A stretch of 64,000 nt of DNA from Geosiphon pyriformis uo1 (lineage: Eukaryota > Fungi > Glomeromycota): assembly GCA_016748015.1 (NCBI GenBank), contig JAAOMT010000706.1, positions 637,047 to 701,046 on the forward strand, read 5' to 3'. Position 1 is the stretch's first letter; every line of letters starts with the position of its first letter. Below, one piece after another: positions 27,618 through 39,670 of this stretch. The position numbers were made by a program, and so were the translations under genes. The notes under the pieces were generated by a model, which did no database searches, was not told where the DNA came from, and saw only the letters and a list, made by a program, of their open reading frames with translations.

Positions 27618-30025
27618 TGTTATCAGCTGAAATTTGAGATATTATTTAGCATGAATTTATCTTTATAATTCCTATTATTAAATTAGCATATATTATCATT
27701 CTAATTTATCACTTATTATTTTATCAAATTATCCGAATTATCATTCAATTAATAACCCAATTTGTACAAATCACAAATGCAGCCGAATTGTAATAATCAG
27801 ATCATACAATACATTAAACTATGTAATATTTAAAATTTGCCAAAATATTTAGTAATTTGATGAAATATTTAACAGTTCACCAAAATAATCTATAGTTTAC
27901 AGAAATAATTTATAGTTTAATAAAATATATCTTTAGTTGCCAAAATATTAGAAAAAAAATTGCTGAATAATAAAAAAATACTACAACAAGTTGTATAAAA
28001 GAAAAGCTTTTTTCTTCAAGAAAATATATCTCAACTAAAATTCATCTTAATTAGAATCAATATCTTTCTTAGTATCTTCTATATAAATCAATTCTAATAA
28101 AACTTACTTTGAAAGCATAAAAATTCTTAATTATTCTTATTGTAAAATTAACTATTCTATACTAACATTTGTAAATTAATTAGCCACCAATTTCAGTAAT
28201 CATTAACAACTTTCAGACCTGAATCCATAACAACTTTCTTAACATATTTTCTTATTGTTTTTCTTTAATTTATTTTCTTTTTATTTCTTTATATCATTAG
28301 ATAGTCTACAGTCAAAATTTTCTGTAGAAGAATCGACTTTTACAGCAAAATAACTACACACATTTTTAAAAAGCTTACAGACGAAATTTTTCTATAAAAG
28401 AATTGACTTTTACTGCAAAGTAACTACACATATTTTGAAAGAGCTTACAAAAAAAAAATTTTGTAAAAAAGTTGACTTTTATTACAAAGTAACTATACAA
28501 ATAATTGGCACAAAATTGATCATTCTATCATAAATCTAACAACATACGCAATTCAAAGTATAAAGAAATACTTTAGAAGAAAAATTAACTTATTGGAAAT
28601 TTACCAACTTCTATTAACAGCAGAATTAACAGAACAACAACATTAATAACATTAAAAAAAAAGTAGAAAAATCTCTGGTAATATTTAGTGCTCTCTTAAA
28701 AATAACACAGCAACAAATAAATCAAAGTAATAACTGTATTAAACCTAATAACTTTAGAGTACTATCAGTTAATTTACACTTATTGCAAATAACAATTTAA
28801 AATCTAAAACAGAATTACAGCTTTTAAGAAAACATTTTTTTAATGCATCAAAAACCGAATCAATAATTATTTTTTTGGAAACTACAATATTACAGAAGTC
28901 AAATAAAACTTTCTTAAAAATCTTATTTTCTACTTAAATAAAAATTCAGAAAATATTAATGCTAACAATTATACTACTTATTTTAAAGAACTTGATTATA
29001 ATATTATCAAGTTTTGTGAAGAAAAACTTTCTGCCAACTCATAATTTGTTTTTGAACTTAAATCTGAATTCAAAACAAGCAGCAAAGGCAAAAAAAACAT
29101 CTGACCAGTTTATACAGCTTTTAATACACCAAAAGCAATTTTTAATACTTGCAAACATCTAAACAAAGAACAGACTCTAAACTACTACTTTCAATTACAC
29201 TTTTTTTAGCTTTACTTGCTCAAGCACAAATGCCAAACTTGTCTTTCAATTGATTTTTAAGACCAAAAAACTTTATCAAAAGTTTAATTTAACAGCCAAA
29301 ACTAATCTATATTAGAATTAATCTTTTTGATTTTTTAGTAGAGAACTAAAATAAATATTTAGAAACACTAGCTTACAAAAAAACCACTTTTGAACTCATT
29401 AAAGAGAAAAAAAACAAAGAAACAAAAATCACAGATCATAAAAAAGACAATAAAATAACAATCTCTTATATTACAAAAATTCTTGACTTTTTCAGAAAAG
29501 ACACAAAAATTAGTTCTTAAAAATGGCTTAATTAAGTCACTAAAGCAGGAAATACTAATAAATAAATTACAGAAAAAATGCTACAAGCAATTTCTTATTT
29601 TTGCAGATTGGTAAGCTTTTAAAACTGCTTTTTTCAGACAGTTTATTGACCATAATATTTTAATTACTTTCTAAAATTATTTTTAAAATATCAAACAAAA
29701 ATTTTTTAAGTTTGTTATAACTTATATTGAGAAGTTAAACAAATTTCTTAGAAAAATTTGCCAGCTAAAAACAAATATTTACTATTCTAATACCCAAGTT
29801 TTAAATCAATTTATTATTGGACTCAAAAACAAACTAATTAAAAAAGTTTGACTACATGTTCTAAAAGATTTGGCTATTGCTATTTAACATATTAAAAACT
29901 ATAAAATGGCAATAAAAGAAACCAATTATATCAAACTTGTCAATTTGGCAATTGAAAAAACAAACTTAACTACTAAGAAAAAAATTGATCAATTCACAAA
30001 AAAAGTCGAAATATACTTTATCAAT
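27618..30025 (+). mobile_element. Gypsy copy D: 5' LTR (27618-28208), leader with three repeats, degenerate gag; truncated
   Basis: LTR tgttatcagctgaaatttgagat...cattaaca; gag aligns with copy C up to aaaaaagtcgaaatatactttatcaat. Confidence 0.88.
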
Positions 30026-31450
30026 TGTATTATTTAATTTGGTAAATTCTGATTTATTATTATTAATTTAAAAATAAAATAAAATAAATTTATATATATA
30101 ACTTTGTTTAATTTTATTGTATTATTTAATTACAAAAATTAAATTAATATCAATTTAATATATTATACTAGATAGTATTTAGATCTCTTTTATTAAACAT
30201 AATAAAAAAAAATTTATAAAATAAATATTAAATTACTTTTTTTTTGTTTTAAAAACTTTATCAGATTTGATAATTTGTAAAAAATAATTATTTATTTTTA
30301 AATAATTTTTATTTGGTTTTAGTATTATTATAAGATTAAGAGTGTTTATATTAAAAATATATATTTTAGTTTTTATATAGTTTTATTAAATTTAAATTAG
30401 TTATTAAGAACAATATTAATTTTTCTATATAAAGTTTATATTTTAAAATATTTTATATATTGTTATCAAAATTGAATTTGTTAAATTACTCTTTTTTACT
30501 ATTTTTAAAATCGTAAAATCTTTTGTAATTTTTATTTTTGGTTCTACTATATGGTTTTTGTAATATCTTTTTAGATATTTTATTTAATATAATTAAAAAT
30601 ATTCTGAATATTTTTAATAAAATTTTTAATATTAAATTGAAATTTGCAAAATTTTAATAATATTTTATTGTGTATTTTAAGTTTCTTAAAATTATTAAGA
30701 TTGTTTTAGTTTGTTAATTAATTCTAATAAAAAAAAATAGTATTAAAATTTTTTTGTCAATTAAAAAAAATATTGTTTTTATAATATATTTAAGATCAAG
30801 TTGATTAATTTTTTTTGCTGTATAGTTTTTAAAATTTTTAATTAAATTGGTAATTAAATTTGTTTTATTTTTTAATTTTTTAATATTGATTACTAATAAT
30901 TTGTTATTATTAACTCTAAGTTCAAAAAAATACTTAATAATATTATTATTAAAACTAATATTTTGCAAAAAAAATTGTATTTGGTGTCTAATTATAAAAC
31001 TGTTTTTCTTAATTTATAATGTATTATATAAATTTAAAATAAGTTTTTTTAAATTAAAATTGCAAAACTTGTTTAATATAATAAAGTATGTTGTTTAAAT
31101 AATTAGTTTTTAATAAATTAATTATATTGTTTACTTAAAATTTGCTATATATATTAAAATGTGTTTTATTTTATTAAAGATGTAAATTAAACATAGTTAT
31201 TAGCTTGCTTAAAAATTTTAATTAGTTTAAATATTTATAACTTTAAAAAATAATTTTTAATTATAAGTACTTATAACAGATTGTATAATATGTGAGTTGT
31301 AACAAATAAAAAATAATGTTTTATAAAAAAATAATAAAGATATAGATGTAAAAACATATTAATAATAAATGAATTTTTATAAATTAATTTAATAAAATAG
31401 AAATACAAAGTATTTTTGATTTAAAAAATAAATAAATATTTATTAACTTA
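30026..31450 (-). mobile_element. Possible extremely eroded inverted Gypsy gag/protease relic
   Basis: Strand composition flips at about 30026; minus-strand translation gives faint protease/gag-like text (RVNNNKLLVI...KKINQLDLK). Very little C/G left. Confidence 0.35.
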
Positions 31451-31995
31451 AATTTAAGTAACTAGTCACGTGCTAAACCACATAAGTTGTTTTATTGTAA
31501 AATAATTTGGTTTTATATATATAAAAAACACAGTAAAATTACACTTTATTAAAGCATATTAAAATAAAAAACACTTATATTAAATTTTTTAATAATACAT
31601 TATTGTAATGTGATTTAAATAATTAAAAATATATAAAATGCAAAATTAATATTTATAATAGAATGTTTATATGTATTATAATATAAATTGTAAAAAAATT
31701 ACACTTAATAAAGTATGAAAAATTTAATTAAAAACAAAATTGAAAATTATAATTAATAAATTAACAAAATTATATAATTAACATAAAAATATTAGAATAA
31801 TTCAAACTATTTTAAAATAATTAATAGTTATTACATAATTCATATTTAATATGCAATAAATATATTGTATAATAATAATTGGTGGTTGAATTATATCATA
31901 AATGTGATAAAAATAAAAATAAAAATAATTAAATAATAATAAATTTAAATATAAATTTTTTGTAATTTTGATAAGATAATATATGGCTAATTATA

Positions 31996-33350
31996 CAGGG
32001 GGGTATAAAAAGTATTGGACACTTTTATAATATGTTATATAAAAAAACTAACTTATGAATCGTTAATTTTTTATTATTATATTAAAATACATGTTAGTAT
32101 TTTGTTTGACCCCTATTTGCTTCAAGAATAGCTTGAACTTGACGTGGCATAGACTTGATTAAATTACAATAGTAATTTACAAGTATCGCATCCCATTCTT
32201 CCTTAACCTACCGTTCCAATTGTACAATATTTGAGGGTTGTGAATTACGTTGACAAATTTTAACTTCAATATATGACCAAAGATTTTCTATTGGAGTAAT
32301 ATCAGGACTTTGTGTTGGCCAAGGAAGTAATTCAACATTTAAAGAGGTAAGAAAAGAATGCACGACTTTTGATGTATGAATTGGTGCATTGTCTTCCTGA
32401 AAAAAAAACTTTTTTTTAGTTTTTTTTGCATGAAGTTTTACTGTAGGAATTGCATAATTAGCCAAGGTTTTGCGGTGTATAACTCCAGTAATATGACCAA
32501 CCAAAGGAACTAAAGGACCCAAACCAACCCATGAAAAACATCCCCAAAACATGTGACCAAAGCTTTTTCTAACTGTGGCTGCAATACAATCCTTATGAAA
32601 CTCTTTGGAAGGTTTATGCCATACACATCCAAATCCTGTAGTCCTAAATTGTGTATGTGTAGATTCATCTGACCAAACAACTCGTTTAAAATCTTCTACT
32701 GTCCAATTTTCATAAGTACGAGCCCATTGTAAATGTTTTTCTTTATTTGATTTGGAAATTAATGGCTTGAGATGAGGAATGCACGAGCGAAGTCCTTCTT
32801 GAGCTAATCCATTTCGAATAGTTTGTATAGAAATAGATTTGTTGGTATCTTTAATAAAATTCAATCATATTTGAGAAAGAGTTTGGTGGCGGGTTTCTTT
32901 ATTCTCCATTATTGAATATTTGAATTGTTCATGTGCGCATTTGTCAAGAATTTGTGGTTGGCCCGTTCGTTTTTTAGAAAGTTTTTTTAGCTCGTATGAC
33001 TTCCATACACGTATTACAGAAGAACGTGAACATCCAATAGTCGTGGAAATCTCACTGTTTGTATGTCCTAACTTTATTGCTGAAATAATCCCTCCTTTTT
33101 GGTATTCAGAAAGTTCTTTTCCAAGACACATTTGATGCGGTAAATTTTTTCACGACAAGAATGTTTGATATTTTATATATACGCGTATGATCCACTGTTG
33201 TGTTTTACAAGGACACGATTTATATTGATTTGTAGATTATAACTATAAGTAATTATAAAAAAAATTATGGCTTAAATTGGTAATGGTATTACTATATATT
33301 GCCTTTTTTATATATTATATTAAGTGTCCAATACTTTTTATACCCCCCTG
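31996..33350 (-). mobile_element. Tc1-family DNA transposon (DD34E), transposase pseudogene 33131-32094
   Basis: Perfect 29-bp TIRs caggggggtataaaaagtattggacactt, TA on both sides. WSDES, FQEDNAPIH and SPDITPIENLW, with 34 residues between D and E. A single frame of 346 codons is interrupted by two stops (32865, 32208). Confidence 0.97.
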
Positions 33351-33763
33351 TATATAAGAAGCATATAAGAAATTGTTAATTTTTTAAAATAATATTCCTA
33401 AAGTAATCAAATAATTTTTTAATATTTTGATCTTGATTCAATTTGAAAACTTTAGATTTTTGTTAAAGAATAAAAGCAAAGAATTAAAGGAACTTATCAT
33501 GAAGGAATAAAATGATATTTTAATAAGTTTAGTCAAATTAATTAGATGATGGATTATGTGAATTTGAAAAAAAAGAGAATCCACAACTTACTGAGTATAT
33601 AACAGTTGTAGACATACAAAAAATCTTTAACATTTAAATACCACTGTATCTTTAAGAATGTGAAATAATATTATTTCTAATCCAATAATTTATATAAAGA
33701 ATTTGATTGTATTCTTCTATTTAAATTTTTTCTATAAAAATTAAAGGTTCACTAGATTTAAGA

Positions 33764-35258
33764 TTAATTACAATAACCCATTGTAACACCGAAATATGGA
33801 CCGGTATGAAACAAAGTGTCTGGAACATTTTTTATTGATTGCCCAGGATTACACTCCTAAAGGAAAATTTTTTCGGATTTAAAATAATTGGATCATTGAA
33901 AAATTTTTTTAGAATATAAAGACAAAAAAAACCAACCAAATTCTCTTGATAGTTTCTTCCATCACCCCATTTTCGTCTGTGTTTCACCGGGATCGAAGAA
34001 GGATTACAGTCCCAATATAAATGGGAATTATAGTTTACATCATCAGAGCAATCACAGTTTTCTAATGGTTCAATCCAAGTTTCAACCCCGAAATGTTTGT
34101 AATCCATTGAAGACGGAGGAAAGTGTGGAACATGATCATTTCCATGGGTAATGCGGTTGTAGCGAACTATTTTGTTTAATAATTTACTAAAGTGGCTATT
34201 TCCAACTCTTGGGGCTCCAAAAGTGATGATTTCATATGCTATTTTATTCAAATCAATCTCAGGCCAAAGATTAAGATTTCCAATCCTATGTCTCTCATAA
34301 ACCCATCGAACCCCAGCGATTGATGCATATGCTAGCATTAAGTAAATATTTTAACCATTTAAAATATAAATTGGCTACGGTTATTCAAGTAAAAAAATTG
34401 TTAACAGACCTCCACCAACACCATGCCCAATAAAAAAAATGTCATTAATACTCTTGGTTGCATTCAAAAAGGTTCGGATACTTTCTATTAATTCCTGAAA
34501 TATTGATTCCAAGGATTCGAACATTATTTGATTAATGCTGGCTGCGTCGTCAGATATAGGGAATCCTTCCAGTTTAAATGAGATTTGTTTTGGATTTATA
34601 GAAGACCATTGTAATTTTGTAAATTTCTAAAAAATTTAAAAAATTTTATCATTTAATATATATATAAATATATATGCTCTTAAAATTTTTATTTTGTTCG
34701 AGGATTAAGAAAATATTTACAGGTCCCATAAAAATTACAAGCAGACTGCTATAAGACGGCATTTTCTTTAAAATCCCAAAATCAACTATAAAGTAAAATC
34801 TAGAATGTTTTATTAATACTTTTTTATATCAATTCAATAAGTGTCACATTTAAAATAAATAAACTTCTTAAATCCCAAAGAGACCTTCTGAGTTCAAATT
34901 CATTATTGTAGAGGCAGTATCTATTATTGATAGATGATGCAAGCTGTTTATAAAAAAGCAAATATTCAGTTCCATCCATTATTGGTCTTTTGTAAAATGA
35001 CTGTGAGCGTTCTAGGATTTGGTTAATTTTTAAAGGAACTTGGAATTGATTTGTCCATATTTTTAGGTTAGAAAGACTCTGATTTGTATTCTTTTTTAAA
35101 GAAATTTTGAAATATTTTATTTTTTCAGAGCTTATCCAACTTTTTAAATTCTCACTGAACAAAATATAAAATGTTAATGATATAAAAATTAAAATAGTAA
35201 ATTTGTTTTTTCTCAAAATTTTGAATTTGGATGTGTTTAAATTTGTATAAGGGGTCAT
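33764..35258 (-). CDS. Class-3 lipase-like protein with N-terminal membrane anchor (about 5 exons); nucleophile motif altered to GHGVGG
   Basis: Spliced reading: FTILIFISLTFYILF (TM)...LLVIFMGP...DIFFIGHGVGG|AYASIA...ITFGAPRVGN...RITHGNDHVPHFP...HFGVETWI...ECNPGQS...HTGPYFGVTMGYCN*. GT-AG introns (e.g. 34332-34409) keep the frame; the first intron boundaries are uncertain. Confidence 0.85.
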
Positions 35259-35989
35259 TATGTGGAATATTTTTTCTAATGGAAATATTTGTAAACGGTT
35301 ATAAAATGAATTTAACTTCCAGATCTTTATTCCTAATTAGAATCCCCGAACAGTTACTCCTCTATTTATAATAGACTCGTTTATGATTTTCATTCGCATA
35401 TACAATTTTAGCAAGTAATTAAATTTAATATTGTAGGGGATATGAATATTTGTTTTATCTAATTTTTTTTAATATTAATAGTGAAAGAAGTTTGATTGAT
35501 TATCAGTAGTTAGATTAATGTAAACTCAATATCATAAGAGTGATTGTTTTAGATAGATGAAAATCTGTTATATTTTGATTAAAAAATAGGTTTCAATCTG
35601 AAATTGACCATTTGATTTTCAACATTCATATCATGTTTTTAAAGTATTTGTGATATAATATTATCAAACCCAATTCTAGATATAAGATAATCGTTTCAAT
35701 ACATTAGAAAATATATTCACATTCACACAGTATATTTAACAATAATTATTAACAAACTCCAATTTAATAAGACAAAATATTTGTTCATAAATAATTTTCA
35801 CTCTATGCAATAGAATATTCATATTTTTTATTTTAATTAGATTATTTATTATAAAAATTTCAAATATTTTAGAGCTAAAAATTTTTTTATTTTAAAATAA
35901 ATCAAATTTTCAACATATATTAGATAGCCAGAAGTGGTTATCAACGAGCAATGGAGGTTAACAATCTATCAACTCATCACAAGGATCTA

Positions 35990-36650
35990 AACTTTTTTAA
36001 GTATGTTTGGCCATCAACCAACTGAATCAGCACAAAATAAACATAATCAGCCAATCGAAACCACTTTATAGCTGGATGAATATTTTTCAAAACCCCAATC
36101 CTATCTTCACAATATTCGCCAATTCGATATTGTGCCGAATAAAACTCATTTAGTGCTGCCTTATGACACTCCTTTAAATGCCATGGTATATTTTTTTACA
36201 CCATATCCAATGGAATAAAAGCCAGAAAGTTCAAACTGTGATCCGAGATCCCCAACCGTGGCTGTCTTCTGATACCAATAGAATACCTTTAGACTCTTCG
36301 CATTAGTTCCTCGTCCCTGTTTATAGCAACCGGCAAGGATTAATCTGGGCTACAATATTACCAACCTCACCTGCTTTTTTGAACCAGATAAAAGCTTGTT
36401 GCTTATCTTAACTGGTTCCAATCAAGTCAATATAACAATATTTGTATTGAGCTTGATCTAATAGACAACCAGCTTTAGCGCTTTTTGGTATAATTTAAAG
36501 CTTAATTTTCTTCACATATTGTGTCCAGTCCGTAGTTATAAAGATATCTAAGCAGACAAACGAATTCTGGCTAATAATTTTCTTGGAGACAAGTTGAAAA
36601 ACCCTTTCAAGGGTTTGTTTTTGTGAGAAAATTCACTCTTTGACATCTTG
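35990..36650 (-). pseudogene. Sel1-like repeat protein pseudogene
   Basis: Minus-strand fragments YQKSAKAG, DKQQAFIWFKKAGEVGNIVAQIN, CYKQGRGT, VFYWYQKTA, QFELSGFYSIGYGV, AQYRIGEYC, with stops and frameshifts. Confidence 0.7.
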
Positions 36651-37494
36651 AACTACATAAAAATCCATTTTTTATAAAAAAGTGTTTTGGTTTCAGGAAA
36701 TGGTTGAAATTTGCATGCTAATGAAATGAATGAATAAATGAAAGAAAATTAAAATTGATTATAATAGAATGAGTAGATGAAAAAGAAGGTATAATAAATT
36801 TTTCAAGTCGTTCAATGATGGAGACAAACATTACGAGTTATAAATTCTTTTTTCCAAAAATTCTTTTCCAGTTCTTGAGAGAATTCCCTTTTAATAAAGA
36901 TTTTAATGTAAAGATCACAAAACATTTTTTCATCTATTTTTTACTAAAAAACTAAATTATTTCGGTAAATTATGTCGTATTCTCTTTTTAAGAAAGTTTG
37001 ATCATAAAAACCAGTCCTCTTTACCAACCAATAGAAATTGCCAGAATTTTCAGATATTATCAGTTTCTATTTCATTTCGAATCATAACACCAGCCACGTT
37101 AGAAGCACTGCCTATAGTATCCCCTACTATTCTATACTTACAAACAATGACACATGAGCTCTGTAATTAAGATTCAGAACAATATTGATGATAACAGGGA
37201 TATGGCAGAGAGATGACAAATAAATTCCTCGCCTAAGAAAATTTTAAGGGCTCCGAGTTTGCGCTTTACGCCCATGTAGTTTTGTGAACTTAACGCCGCT
37301 AGCGTGAGATAGATCTTGATAAACATTTTCTATCTTCCACTTTATCTTTGCTCTTAAAAAAAATTAGTGATTAATAATAATAATTAAAGATCCTCTAATT
37401 AATTAATTAAAAAATTTGATCAAAACAACACGATATTATAAATCCTTTTTTGGTTAAGATGAGCTGCTGTTCTAAAAATTTTTTATATAAAAAC

Positions 37495-37765
37495 AGCCCT
37501 TCCTTCTTTTATTGCTCCTTTATCGCTTTTCTTTATTTCTTTATCACTTTGCTTCCCTTCCTTTCTTTATCGCTTCCCTTCCTTCCCTTCCTTTCTTTAT
37601 TGTTTTCCTTCCTTTATCACTCCTCTTCCTTTCTTTATCACTTCTCTTCCTTTCTTTATCGCTTCCCTTCCTTCATTCTTTTTTTCGTCGCCGCTTTCTT
37701 CCTTTCTCTCTTCTTTCTTTTTTTCGTTCTCCCTTCCTGTTCTTCTCTCTCTCTTCGTTCTTATA
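37495..37765. repeat. Pyrimidine-rich minisatellite (about 20-nt unit ctttctttatc(g/a)ctt..)
   Basis: Repeated tttctttatcgctt/tttctttatcactt units. Confidence 0.7.
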
Positions 37766-38312
37766 TAAGGTGAGTTTCGCTGGGTATTGTACTTGTTAAA
37801 AAGTTAAAACGTTAAAAAAAATAAAAAATAAAAAATAAAAAATAAAAAAAATAAAAAAATAAAAGAAATAAAAAAATAAAAAAAAGATTTTTTCGGAAGG
37901 AACTTGTGGCGATTTTTTAAGATAATTAAAGATCCTTTATAATTATCTTGAATTTGTCGCATGCACATTTTTCTTTTTAAATGAGCACAAATACAAACTT
38001 GATCATGTGACAATACTCATATATACATGTTTTTTTTATAGATGACTTATTTACAACAAACGTCTTTGGATCTTCCTTCCTTTCTTTCCCCTCTCTCTCT
38101 CCGTTCCTGTGTAACTTTTTCAAGGTAAGTTTCGCTGGGTATTGTACTTGTTAAAAAGTTAAAAAAGATTTTTTCGGAAGGAATTTGTGGCGATTTTTTA
38201 ATATAATTGTAGATCTCCTATAATTATCTTGAACTTATCGCAAGTACAAACTTGATCATGTGACAATACTCATATATACATGACTTTTTTATAAATGACT
38301 TATTTACGGCAA
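37745..38312 (+). repeat. Imperfect direct repeat (about 37745-38060 and 38090-38312)
   Basis: Shared blocks aaggt(g/a)agtttcgctgggtattgtacttgttaaaaagtt, gattttttcggaagga and tacaaacttgatcatgtgacaatactcatatatacatg. Confidence 0.85.
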
Positions 38313-39385
38313 AAATCCTTGAAAGCGATAAATTTAAATATGAAAAGTTTTATTTATCTAAAGTTTTTCATTTACAATAATTAAAGAAATTTGTAATTTA
38401 ACAATAACTAATAAAAAGCTTTTTTCAACTGATTCTATTTAATATAAAAATTCCCTTGCTCAAATATCTTTGTGCTTCAATTTATCTCTTTTTTATTCTT
38501 TTAATAAATAATCAATTTCAAAAATGATTTCATCATTCAAATCGCTTAGAATTACAATTTAATATTGAAAGTAAGGCAGCATTTAATATAGAATATTTAA
38601 TTTTTGAATAATATTTTTGATTGTGTAAAAAATAATTATAATTAGTTATATTAAGAAAAATTATATAAATACATATATGTTAGAAATTTTGGTAAAAAAA
38701 GCTTTTTTTTAATAGATCAAAAGCTAAAAAAAAATGTTAATTTATAAAATAAGATACCACTTTTAAATATCAAAATACAAGTATTTACTAAATTAATAAA
38801 TTAATTTCAAGCTATAAATAATAAATAAGGTATTAAAAAATTAATTAAATACATAATAAAAATTAACGTATAAATAATATAACCAAAGTTAAGCATGTGT
38901 TCTGATAAACAAATATAAAACTTGTAAAAATAATAAAGTAGTATAAAAAATGAGTTATATAATATAAAAAAAGAACTACATATTGCAAAAAAGTGGATCT
39001 CATTGCTTATAATCTTGAAATAATTTCAAATATCACGACAACTTCGACAGGTGCTTCTTGTGTTTGCCAGCTTCTTTCTCTCTTTATCTTCTTTTCCTCT
39101 ACCTTTTCTTCCTTTCCTTCTTTTTTCTAAACTGTCCTTGTCATGTGAAGACATAAAAATCCCTTCCGCTCTAAACTGTGGTCGTCTGAAGGCATAAAAA
39201 AAACAATAAGAGTTGTCTTATCAATCGGTTATAAATACATAATAAGAATTGAGCATGTGAATAAAATTGATTGACCGATGATCGAGTCAAGTTATTTTTG
39301 ACTTGTACTCGACTAGTTTTAAATGAGTCACCGAAAGGGTCGACTCGAATTCAACCCGATTGTGAGTTTGCTTGACTTGTAATAA

Positions 39386-39670
39386 CATCACAAGATCAAC
39401 AGCAGAATGTGTAGAAGATAATAACATGGGTACATGGATAGTTCCGTACGAGACTTATTTTGAAGATAAAAGAGTTTGGTAGATATTTTCTAATTGTCGA
39501 TGAGACATACACAAGCAAAATGTGTAGTAATTTAGGAGGATGCATTCAAAGCTGAGACGGCGAAAGATGTTCATATGTAAAAAGTGTGGATTTAGTGATA
39601 AATAGGGACAATAATGGTATCTAAGAGATTTTATTCCGGGCTTGCTGGATGGGGGTATCCTCTTGTTACG
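39386..39670 (+). pseudogene. Fanzor/TnpB-family RNA-guided nuclease, C-terminal remnant (RuvC-II, zinc finger, RuvC-III)
   Basis: Joining frames gives HKINSR..KIITWVHG*FRTRLILKIKEFGRYFLIVDETYTSKMCSNLG / MHSKLRRRKMFICKKCG / LVINRDNNGI*EILFRA / LLDGGIL. This matches the family pattern W.H..FR.RL, V.E.YTSK.C..(C)G, F.C..CG, RD.NG..I. Confidence 0.8.

Noticed and set aside
28312-28500. Regularly spaced repeats as a CRISPR-like array
   Set aside because: Units are contiguous tandem copies without unique spacers and lie in a retrotransposon leader; no cas genes.
8356-31098. Short I/K/N/F-rich ORFs in the ORF track (e.g. 8356, 15542, 28959, 30847)
   Set aside because: Chance or relic frames within eroded transposons, not independent genes.
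292-33131. Stop-codon readthrough or alternative genetic code to explain in-frame stops in transposon ORFs
   Set aside because: Stops are of all three types, match single C>T/G>A changes and co-occur with frameshifts; host genes use the standard code.
37450-37799. Two overlapping Phe/Leu/Ser-rich ORFs
   Set aside because: Open only because a pyrimidine minisatellite lacks stop codons.
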